Assembly (NCBI GenBank): GCA_037447605.1
Contig: CM074811.1
Coordinates: 3,100,001-3,164,000 of the forward strand
Source: Zygnema circumcarinatum SAG 698-1b
Taxonomy: Eukaryota; Plantae; Zygnematophyceae
DNA: 64,000 bases
Reading direction: 5' to 3'
Below are positions 1 to 9,759 of this stretch, piece after piece. A program made the translations under genes and the position numbers. How positions within the stretch are numbered: the first letter of the stretch is position 1; each line of letters opens with the position of its first letter. The notes beneath the pieces are model-generated. The model was not told the DNA's origin. It searched no databases and was given only the letters and a program-made list of their open reading frames with translations.

Positions 1-920
1 GATCTTTGAAAGAATTGCTTCAGGCAAATTTCAAAATGTCAGATCTGGGAGAGGCGCAGTATCTGCTGGGAATGCAACTGAAGAGGGGGCAGGATGGAAG
101 CTTGTTTCTATGTCAAAGGAAGTATGCTTCAGATGTGCTTTCCCGTTTTCGAATGGAGGACGCCAGGCCATGCTCCAGCCCCATGGAGGTCAGGCACTAG
201 GCTATCGAAGGAGATTTCACCTTCGTCAGATGCGAAGGCACAGAAGATGTTTGGAGTGCCATACAGATCCGCGATTGGGAGTCTAATGTACTTGATGATC
301 GAACGCGTCCGGACTTGGCGAAAGCGGTGAGCTCGGCCAGCCGATTCATGGAGAATCCGGGCCTCGAGCATTGGGAGGCAGTGAAGAGGATTTTCAGATA
401 TGTGAAGGGGACGCTCGATTATGGAATCAGGTATGAGAGGGGGCCAACCAGAGTGATTGGCTATACAGACTCAGATTGGGGAGGAGATGTCGATATGTCA
501 CGCTCGACTTCGGGTTTCGTTTACCTGAATGGAGGAGGAGCGATCATGGAGTTCCAAGTTGCAGGACTCGGTGGCGTATCGAGCACGGAGGGCGAGTACA
601 TGGGTGCTTGTCATGCTTCGAAGGAAGGAGTGTGGTTCATGCAGTTCTTTGAAGAATGCAAGAGGGACCAACGACCGATTACCTTGTTTACCGACAATCA
701 ATCGTCGATTGCCCTGGTGGGAAACCCTGTGTTCCACAAGAGGACCAAGCACATTCGGGTGCAGTACCATTATGTACGGGAGTTGGTCGAGGAGGGCTTG
801 ATTGAGGTGAAGTTCGTAGGCACCAAGGAGCAGGCCGCAGATATGCTAACAAAGGGAGTTAGTGGGGAAACACTATTAGTCAACGGGAGGTTGATTGGGC
901 TGGGGCCCGCGCAAAACTAG
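1..920 (+). pseudogene. Ty1/copia pol 3' end (RT C-terminus + RNase H), frameshifted; 5' part lies outside the window
   Basis: Three overlapping ORFs (6-200, 94-330, 315-920) carry Copia motifs: FKMSDLGEAQYLLGMQ, VPYRSAIGSLMYL, HWEAVKRIFRYVKGT, GYTDSDWGGD, SSTEGEY, TDNQSSIAL, FHKRTKHIRVQYHYVRE, ADMLTKG. Confidence 0.93.
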
Positions 921-927
921 AAGTTCC

Positions 928-1243
928 AAAGAGGGGGATTGTTAGTGTATGATAGTTAGCATGCTTTTGTTGGAACATTAGTTTTGTGTGTTTGTGTTGT
1001 GTGTTTCCTTGGCGGCGGTNNNNNNNNNNATTATTAAGGAGTTTTAGAGCCGAGAGCTTTCTCCTATCCTTTTCTCTCTGTTATTCCGCTGTGCATATTC
1101 TGTGAGGTTCACTCTGTGAGTAAAATGGGCTATGAGTGAATGTGAGAGTTTGGGAAATGTCATCATCGATTGGAACGCGAACTCCGATGGAAGGTGATGC
1201 GAGTGGAGAAGCCGGCAGCAGTGGAGGAGTCCCTCCACCAACA
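928..1243 (+). mobile_element. Copia polypurine tract (928-938) and 3' LTR (940-1243, contains an N gap)
   Basis: AAAGAGGGGGA follows the pol stop, then TGTTAGTG; the LTR ends ...CCACCAACA directly against Gypsy LTR sequence. Start, PPT and the TTAAGGAGTTTTAG block match the Copia at 50048-52437. Confidence 0.85.
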
Positions 1244-1623
1244 GCGACGCGACGCGCCGTCGTGCAGCGGCGCACGGCTAAGTCTGACAGGGTCAGACCT
1301 GTCAGCCCGTCCGTACAATACGGACGTTACTTGTCAAAAGATGCCGCCGCATCTCGCGGGTCGCGCCGCCGAGCAGCGCGCCGACGTGCGGCGATGCGCG
1401 ACCAGATCTCTGGCCGCGGGATCCGTATGTCAGTGCGTCCGTACACCTGTACGGACGACCAGTACGATCCAAAAGAGATCCCTTGCCAGCAACAAGGATC
1501 GAGCCCAAGACCTCGTGCGGTCTTGGCAGCGTCCTAACCTAACCGCTAGGCGCTGAGATGAAAGGATAATCATAGTATCACTATGAGTACGCCTCCAGGG
1601 TCACGCTGTAGCGTTACGCTACA
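1244..1623 (-). repeat. Gypsy 3' LTR, retained part
   Basis: Near-identical to 8352-8731. On the minus strand it begins TGTAGCGTAACGCTACA immediately after the PPT. Confidence 0.92.
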
Positions 1624-1657
1624 TTACTCCCCCCTGTGAGTATGTGAACGCCCTCGT

Positions 1658-4600
1658 TCACTGGGGAGAAGTAATCTTGGCAGCCCGCAGTTTAAGAGGT
1701 ATTCGTCTCTGTCTGCGGGGTGTACGGGAGGGCTCAGCGTTAATCCCGGTCAAGTCCCTTTTCGAGTAGCTCGTGGACGGGTCGGGAACCCCCCTAGCCG
1801 CCCTCGCCCGCTCACCAGCGGTCTGCGCCTCCCAGTACAATCTCAGGAGCTCCTTGCAATTTGTCAGATTGCTCTCACGTTCCCACGTGCTATGTTCAAC
1901 CCCATAGCCCAACCATTTCACGAGATATTCGTGGCGGGAAGTCTGACCTCTACTCACTGTCCTGTGTGTCTGAATGGCTTCAACCTCATACTCGAGATCA
2001 CCTTCAACTTCCACTGGAGGGGGAGGTGGTTGGACTCTCCCATCGCTGCGGTATGCCTTAAGAAGACCCACATGAAAGACCGGATGCACCTTCATATGGG
2101 CCGGTAACGCCAACCGGTAAGCGACTTCACCGATTCGCTTCACGACCGAAAAAGGTCCCATGAAGCGAGGCCACAACTTACGGGTTCCGCCGTAAGCCTT
2201 CAGGCGCAAGTTCGACGTGCTCAGCAGTACCTGATCGCCCTCAGCGAAGGTTAATGCAGCACGACGACGATCAGCATAGGCTTTCTGCCGCGACTGGGCT
2301 GCTAACAGGGTCTGCCTTGCCCTCTGTAACGCCTCGGACATTTTCCGAGTGAAAGCACTAACGGCGGGAGGTTGACTCCCGCCAGCTCCTCTCATGCCCC
2401 AAGGATCTGGGAGCCTGTGAACATCCATGTTCCACACATCTGGCTGCTGATCTCTTGGCTGCAGGGGATTTAGAGGATGCTGACCAAAGTTCAAGAAGAA
2501 AGGAGTGGTACCGATTGATTCCTGGAATGCATTGTTAATGGCATACTCAGCCACCGGGAGCAGTTCATCCCATCCATCCGGGATGGGTCCCACATAATGC
2601 CTCAAATAGTCTTCCAGAATCCGGTTCACCCGCTCAGTTTGGCCATCTGTCTGAGGGTGGAAGGCTGTACTCATAGCCTGCTTAGTCCCGATAATCCGGA
2701 GGATTTCTTTCCAGAAATGCCCTGTGAATCGGGTATCACGATCCGAGATGATCTCGGGGATGAAGTCCACGTTGACTGCACCTTGTCAACATATAGCCGC
2801 AGCAGCCCCGCCGCTCCCCGCCAGCCCCAGCGGCCGCAAAATGCACCATCTTGCTCAGGCGGTCGACAAACACGAGGATGGAGTCAAAACCCCGAGCGGT
2901 CACAGGCAGGTCTGTGATCAGGTCCATACCCACACTTTCCCACTTCCTGTAAGGAGGGGCGAGGGGCTGGAGCAAGCCAGGCACCGGTCCGGTGCGAGGC
3001 TTATCCCGTTGACAAGTTGGGCATGCGAGTACATATGCCTCCACGTCCGCTGTAATTCCGGGCCACCAGAATTCCCGGAGCAGTGCTTCACGGGTTTTGG
3101 CAACTCCCATATGGCCTCTGTACGGAGGATCGTGCATCTCACTCAGTATGAGCTGCCGTACAGATCCAGCCTTGGGTACGACTAACTGCTTATCGTGGTA
3201 CCAAAAACCGTCCTTGAGCACGAGCTTGTTCTTATAGCCATTGCCTTGGCCGTCCAGGAACAAAGGATCACCAGTGTACCCCTCCTGAATCATCTGTCTG
3301 AAATCAGAGAGAGCAGGAGGGTTGACTGCGTCACTGGTGGAGGGGTTTATGACAAAACATACTGGAGATGTAAACGCTGGGTTGGCCGGCCCTTCGTCTC
3401 CACCATCTCGTACCACCAACACTCGAGTCGACGAGCGCCTCATCCAGGTTAGATGAATGGGCTTTCGCCTCGCTGGGCGGGTCCGGCTTACATTCAGCCT
3501 CCCACTTGTATACCCACTTCTTCTGCAGTCGAACCGCTGGAGGAATCCCCGCTGTAATTCAGCGCGCGTCACCGCAAAAGAGTTTGCTGAGTGGAGAGGA
3601 ACGTCAGTGGACGGTGGTCGGTGACCAGCGTGACTGCCACCGCCCCCTCCAAATAGCAACGCCATGTCCTCAGGGCGTGAACCACGGCCAAGAGCTCTTG
3701 CTCTGTGGCGGAGTAGTTTCGCTCAGCTGGGTTCATCTTGCGACTTTCGTAAGCAAGAGGTTGGTCGTCTTGGAACAAGACCGCACCCAAAGCGAACCCA
3801 GAAGCGTCACATACCACTTCATATGGTAACCGCGGATCAGCCAACCTCAACGTAGGTGCTGTCACAAGCGCATGTCTAACACCATCAAATGCCGCCTGGC
3901 ACTCTGGTGTCCATGCATACGCGACACCGGAACGTGTCAAATTGGTAAGAGGTGTTACCAACTTACTAAAGCCTTGGATAAACTTACGAAAATAATTCGC
4001 AAATCCAAGAAAAGACCGCAACTGATGAAGATCAGCCGGTACAGCCCATGTCTTTACAGCAGACACCTTGGCTGGATCAGGTTTCAGTCCCTGATCGTTC
4101 AAGATATGCCCAAGATACAACAACTCTCGTTGCATGAAGTTACACTTCTTTCGCTTGGCATAAAACGTGTGTTTTCGCAACACCTCGAACACTTTGCGTA
4201 CATGCACAAGATGTTCAGCGTCCGTCTTGCTGAATACCAGGATATCATCCAGGTAGACAAGGACAAACTCATCCATGCCGACGAACATTTCGTTCATCAC
4301 AGCTTGGAATGTAGCCGGAGCGTTGGTCAGTCCAAAAGGTAGCACCTTGTACTGGAAGTGACCAATCGGCGTCCGAAATGCCGTCTTAGGAACATCAGCA
4401 TCCGTGACACGAATCTGATGGTACCCCTGCGCAAGGTCGAGCGAGGTGAACACCTTCGCCCCTTGCAGACGGTCCAGAAGATCATCTATGCGCGGTAAAG
4501 CAAACCTGTTCTTTACCGTGATCTTATTGAGTGCTCGATAATCGATGCACATTCGCAAAGACCCATCTTTTTTTCCTACAAAAAGGATAGGGGCGCCAAA

Positions 4601-5883
4601 GGGACTCTGGCTGGGTTCAATCCAGCCTTTATCACGCAGATTAGCGAGTTGCTTGCGCATCTCTTCAGTCTCCTTTGGGCTAAGCCGATAGATAGGCCTC
4701 CAAGGAGGTTTCTGTTCTGGCTCAAGGGGAATGGTATGACCCACCCCGCGTGCCGGAGGTAGACCTCTTGGCAGATCGTCTGGGAACACATCCTCAAACG
4801 CCTTCAACAACGGTTGAAACAAAGCGGGAACAGTTGGCATTGCCTCACCCGCAGTGGGTTGCCACTCTTGATCCTCGTCATGAGCATCTTCAGTTGCCGT
4901 CATGACTTGCACCATAAATAAGATGCTATCCGTTTTTAGTGCCTTGCCTACTTGCATGGCTGAGCACAAAAACGACAAAGACGACTGCGAAGAGGGCGGT
5001 CCGGAAGGACTGCCCGGTTGCAGCGTTATGCGTCTGCTCCCACTGCGGAGGACGCAACTAGGGACTACAAAATCCAACTGAGCACCCATTTGCGTCAGCC
5101 ATTTGCTCCCCAAGATAAAGTCTGTTCCTGGGGCCAGCATCGTCAACAAGCAATTGACGACCCCGGAGTAAGACTGAATCTTCAATTTCACGCTGACGCT
5201 GCCAGAAATCTGGCCCGTGCGTCCATCCCCGAAAGTCACACTATCGGAATGAGGCTGGACTGCGAACCCTGCAGTCCTGACAAAGGCTGCACTAACAAAG
5301 TTAGCGTCCGCGCCAGTGTCCAGCAGTACCACTGCTGAGTGCCCTTCGGCCGAGCCTTGGAAGGTCATAGCACGATGAGCCAAGTGGAAAATGGACCGTA
5401 GCACATTTGGTGCGTGAGGACGCGCAGTCCTCCACACAAGGGAATGAGGGGACTTCACCAGCGCACTGGTGAGGGATCCCTGCATCCACCTAAGAAGGGA
5501 GAAGCCCTTCTTCCATAGCTTTACCACTCTCCACTCAGTCTGTGGGTAAGCCCTTACTGCCACATGTTGTGGGAGCAAGACTCGCAGACTGAGCACATGG
5601 TCCTTCGACCGCAGCAAGCGCAAGGCATCAAATGCATATTGCACTAAGGCAGCACTGCCCATGGCATTCAAGATAACCACATGCCATTCATTCAGCAAGA
5701 CAGCATTCGGAAATGCTGTTGGAGTCACAGACATAGAAGGTAGCAATGAATAATCAGCAGGGAATGCATCGCACACGAACAACAGATTCCCACTGAAAAC
5801 TCCCCCAATCACTTTTAGAATGTCATTTGTCCTTGGGATACAACATTCTACACTAGTGATAGCAGCTAACACGCTGCCCCCTC
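1658..5883 (-). pseudogene. Gypsy pol: MTase-like segment, aspartic protease, RT, RNase H, integrase, chromodomain; frameshifts near 3570-3665 and 2740-2830
   Basis: LLDTGA (protease, ~5320); PIYRLSP, KKDGSLRMCIDYRALN, LDLAQGYHQIR, YLDDIL (RT, ~4245); CDAS, YESRK, TDH (RH); HDPPYRGH...CPTCQR (IN zinc finger); IISDRD, HPQTDGQTERVN (IN core); YEVEAI...YLVKWLGY...TWE (chromodomain, ~1830-1990). Confidence 0.95.
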
Positions 5884-5893
5884 NNNNNNNNNN

Positions 5894-6483
5894 TGACCCT
5901 GGAGGCGTACTCATAGTGATACTATGACTATCCCTTCATCTCAGCGCCTAGCGGATAGGTTAGGACGTTGCCAAGACCGCGGGAGGTCCTGGGCTCGATC
6001 CTTGTGGCGTGCAAAGGATCTCTTTTGGATCGTACTGGTCGTCCGTACAGGTGTACGGACGCACCGACATACGGATCCCGCGGCCAGAGATTTGGCCGCG
6101 CGCCGCCGTCGTCGGCGCGCCGCCCGGCGGCGCGACCCGCGAGATGCGGCGGCATCTTTTGACAAGTACCGTCCGGACAGTACGGACGGGCTGACAGGTC
6201 TGACTCTGTCAGGCTTAGCCGTGCGCCGCTGCACGACGGCGCGCCGCGACGCGACGCGCGGCCAAATCTCTGGCCGCGGGATCCGTATGTCGGTGCGTCC
6301 GTACACCTGTACGGACGACCAGTACGATCCAAAAGAGATCCTTTGCACGCCACAAGGATCGAGCCCAGGACCTCCCGCGGTCTTGGCAACGTCCTAACCT
6401 ATCCGCTAGGCGCTGAGATGAAGGGATAGTCATAGTATCACTATGAGTACGCCTCCAGGGTCATGCTGTAGCGTTACGCTACA
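5894..6483. repeat. LTR-derived foldback: 209-bp perfect inverted arms (5894-6102 / 6255-6463) around a 152-bp spacer, ending in an LTR terminus at 6483
   Basis: The arms are exact reverse complements by eye. The sequence is a diverged variant of the flanking LTRs (e.g. CCTTTGCACGCCAC vs CCCTTGCCAGCAAC). The left end abuts an N gap. Confidence 0.9.
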
Positions 6484-6854
6484 CTGAATTCCTACGGGAA
6501 TTGCGTGCGGCTTGGGCTTCAATTACCAAGTTCCCACCTGGACCCGAAGAATTCTTCTTCCGGTTCAGTCATGGCTTGAAGCCGTACGTTCGGAAGCAGC
6601 TTCGGCTGAATCCTCGTACATTGGAACCTTGGGGGCCTATGGATGATGAGCTGATGTTTGCAGCTGCAGTCCAAACTGACGCTGCGCCTACAGATGGTGC
6701 AGGGCCTTCCCATCCCCCGCGTGCGGACACAGTGGACCAGCCGCGGAAAACTGGTGCGCCAGGCGGCCGTCCAAAGGGGAACAGCAAGAGGAAGGCAACT
6801 TCCTCTCATCCTCAGTAGTTTCAGCGTCCTCCGACGCCAAAACTGGAAACGTCC
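6484..6854 (+). pseudogene. C-terminal half of the Gypsy gag, inverted relative to the element
   Basis: The + strand reads EFLRELRAAWASITKFPPGPEEFFFRFSHGLKPYVRKQL..., the natural continuation of the minus-strand gag that breaks off at ...RFQSLMQTGSV (~6855). Joining GTGG and CTGAA restores SVAEF in frame. Confidence 0.8.
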
Positions 6855-8023
6855 CACGCTTCCAGTCTGCATGAGCGACTGGAACCTGTCTCGTGCAACA
6901 GCACTGGGATCCAGGATGCCAAAATGTTTGAGAAGTTCCGACTCGAACTTCTCAAAGTCTTTTCCGATTAAAGCCTTGCGGCCGGCATAGACACTCCATG
7001 CCACGCCCCTCAAAGCGGGTGAAGCAAAGTTCACCCATTGATCGGGAGGGCATTGGGTAGCACACAGGTACCCACGCACCTGCCCCAGCCAATGATCAAT
7101 TGGGCAGTCGGAATTTGGCCGATCTCCCCATAAGGAGATCGGAGGGACCTTCGCCCGATTTCTCGGAGGAGGATCCCGCACAGCCGGGGCAGACCCACCA
7201 ATGTGGTCGCCCCGTCCGCCAGCAGCACCAGCCGAAGGTGGATTGCTGCCTGGCGGTCCGCCTCCTCCCTCAAAGGGACGCCGCCGCCGCCCAAGGGGAA
7301 ATAAATACGCCGGCGGAGCCCCAGCTCTCTGGCTGGGAGCGCCTCGGTGGGATTCACGCCGACGCCAGAGGCAACCGGACGGGCAGGTGGTACCTGTTCA
7401 TCTACAGGCGCTGCAGCTCCTCTATTTCCCCCCCCAGGAGCTGCCGCCTCCCCTACTGTATCAGCTAAGACCACAGGAGGAGGGGCAGTGGGCTTACCAG
7501 TGGCTGGAGGGGGAGGGTCCCCGCGGTTCTGCCGACCCTGCTCGAAGATCTCCCCAAGGAAACGCCCCACGTTCTGCTGGAACGCGTCTTGCTGGCTCGC
7601 CATCCGAGCCAACGCCTCCTCCAACGCGGAAAATTTCTTATCCGCGCTGGCCTCCGCTCGACGGAGGACTTCATCCCCATCCACGGGGATGGGCACCCCC
7701 ATACTCACCGGGGGTGTTCGGGTGCTCTGCCCGCCGAAGGGGGCAGCCCCTTCCGACCTCTGTCGGGCCGCCTCAGGTGGAGGCGCTGCCACCCCATGCG
7801 GCTGCGGCTGGCGCTGCTCCCCTGGCAGCGGCTGGCCGCTAAGTTCCGGCCCCCGTGAAGAAGAAGGGGGAGCCGGAGGTGGGGCCGAAGGCCCGGGGCC
7901 CGTGTCCATGGGGTCGCCGAAGTCGCGCCCCTGGTTCGCGCCCATGTTCACGTCCTCCTCCGAATCTGGAGAAGGGGGAGGTGAGTGGCGCGACGCCATC
8001 TGCTTCGGCCGCGCTTTCGGCAT
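6855..8023 (-). pseudogene. Gypsy gag N-terminal part (Pro-rich region + capsid domain), frameshifted
   Basis: ORF 7031-8023 starts just after the PBS. ORF 6519-7181 has a retrotransposon-gag-like segment (HWLGQVRGYL...QWVNFASPALRGVAWSVY...FESELLKHF...ARDRFQSLMQTGSV). Confidence 0.8.
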
Positions 8024-8080
8024 GACTGCGCTGCGCGTGCTGGTCCCCTCCCAAAAGAAATTCCCGAGTCTCTAAACTCG

Positions 8081-8092
8081 GCTCTGATACCA
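8081..8092 (-). promoter_or_regulatory. Primer-binding site, tRNA-iMet type (TGGTATCAGAGC)
   Basis: GCTCTGATACCA on the + strand, 1 nt from the LTR end at 8094. Confidence 0.92.
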
Positions 8093-8093
8093 A

Positions 8094-8731
8094 TGTAACA
8101 ACCTGCCCCCCCCGGCAGACTGCTCTGAAAGTCTAAGTGTCAAAGAGAGAGAAGGAGAGAGAGTCAGAGGAGCGTGAGCTCAATGCTGGTACAAAGAGCT
8201 CGGATGGTCTCCCATCCGGGCGCAGCCCCCTTAAGCTCCCCCCGTTGAACCCCCTACCAGCATGGAGGACCGGGAGCGGGGCTGCTCAATCAGAGCCCGC
8301 CGCGTGGCGGACATCCTTANNNNNNNNNNGCCGCATCTCACGGGGTGCGTCGCGACGCGACGCGCCGTCGTGCAGCGGCGCACGGCTAAGTCTGACAAGG
8401 TCAGACCTGTCAGCCCGTCCGTACAGTACGGACGGTACTTGTCAAAAGATGCCGCCGCATCTCGCGGGTCGCGCCGCCGAGCAGCGCGCCGACGTGCGGC
8501 GGTGCGCGACCAGATCTCTGGCCGCGGGATCCGTATGTCAGTGCGTCCGTACACCTGTACGGACGACCAGTACGATCCAAAAGAGATCCCTTGCCAGCAA
8601 CAAGAATCGAGCCCAAGACCTCGTGCGGTCTTGGCAGCGTCCTAACCTAACCGCTAGGCGCTGAGATGAAAGGATAATCATAGTATCACTATGAGTACGC
8701 CTCCAGGGTCACGCTGTAGCGTTACGCTACA
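8094..8731 (-). repeat. Gypsy 5' LTR (contains an N gap)
   Basis: TGTAACA...CGCTACA termini; matches 1244-1623; flanked on the right by host CCGGA (expected TSD). Confidence 0.92.
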
Positions 8732-9461
8732 CCGGAATAGACCCTGTTAAGGAATTGCCACTCAAGTGTCTGCCAAAAAAAAAAAACAACCGGCATTGAA
8801 TGAACATGCTGTCACAACTAGCCTTCCTATCACAGGCATTCCTCTGTCTGGCATTTCTGTCACATTCATTTCAGATTTCTGAGGAAAAATACTTACAAGG
8901 TTTTTAGATACGAAAGGTTGCTGATGGCAGGTGAAATGCTTCCTCCAACTTCGTAATCCGGTAAATATCTGCATAAGGCAGGTTAGCAGAGAGAGCGTCA
9001 GAAGAAGAACAGAACGCGGGCAATAGAAGGACTGCTCCGGCGGGTCTTTGCAGCCGCTGTCTGAGGAGGCTTCTTCCCGCAGTTTCCGGGCTGCAGTTCA
9101 GCAATCACGAGCGGTCCTCATTCAATGTGTGGCTCACAGCGAAGCAACGCGCAGAGGAGTACTCCAATCGCGAGGATCGATTAATTCGCAATAGACCCCA
9201 AGCCAGGTGCTGCAGTCGGTGTTACTCGCTGTCCAGGAGGTGAGCTGTTGTACGTTGTTGAATGCCGCTTTGACAGCGAGAAGAGCGTCCCCTGCGCCCA
9301 AGCGCGAGCAGATGCAGGATTGGATTGAGGCCGCGGTCCGCTTCAAAAAGCACAAATAGAGGCCCCGCCGCGGGCAGGCCGCCTCTCCCCTTCTTNNNNN
9401 NNNNNGCGGCGGCAAAGAGGAGGAGCGCCGCCGCGAGAGAGAGAGACCGCGCGCGCGCCAT
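8732..9461 (-). pseudogene. Plant-type LRR receptor-like kinase/protein, 5' exons; disrupted by the Gypsy insertion
   Basis: Signal peptide MARARSLSLAAALLLFAA (ATG 9461); LRR N-cap exon ~9138-9291 (DALLAVKAAF...LTSW...DCSTWLGVYC); 72-bp LRR exon 8897-8968 (YLPDYEVGGSISPAISNLSYLKTL); next exon 8732-8769 (HLSGNSLTGSIP) is cut by the LTR. GT-AG introns are in consistent phase. Confidence 0.88.
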
Positions 9462-9759
9462 CGCGGCCAAGCGCCCGCCGGAGACAGGAGGGGACGCGGG
9501 GGCGGCCAGAGGCGAGGAGAGGACGGGGAGGGGAGGGGGGGGCCTGCGGGGAGGGAGGGCGCCTTCCTCAGCGATGGCTTGGGATAGGGACGGACGGCAG
9601 CGCGCCGGCGAGGGTTATTATATACTATGGGACCGCCATACTTTGTATGGATGACGGTTTGGATCCACCGACACGATGTACAAAGAGGATGCTTCTACCG
9701 ACATTATTTCATACGGCACCGACATCACAAGAGGATGCCGCGAGCCAAGTGCGCGCTGT

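Larger units (their letters stand above)
1244..8731 (-). mobile_element. Ty3/gypsy chromovirus LTR retrotransposon (defective); 3' LTR interrupted by the Copia
   Basis: 5' LTR 8094-8731 (TG...CA), tRNA-Met PBS 8081-8092, gag, PR-RT-RH-IN-chromodomain order on the minus strand, PPT (GGGGGGAGTAA) at ~1624-1634, 3' LTR 1244-1623. The two LTR copies differ at 5 of ~380 comparable bases. Confidence 0.95.

Noticed and set aside
1136-1556. Arg/Ala-rich ORFs at 1136-1556, 5924-6433 and 8137-8664
   Set aside because: They are translations of GC-rich LTR sequence, with no protein motifs.
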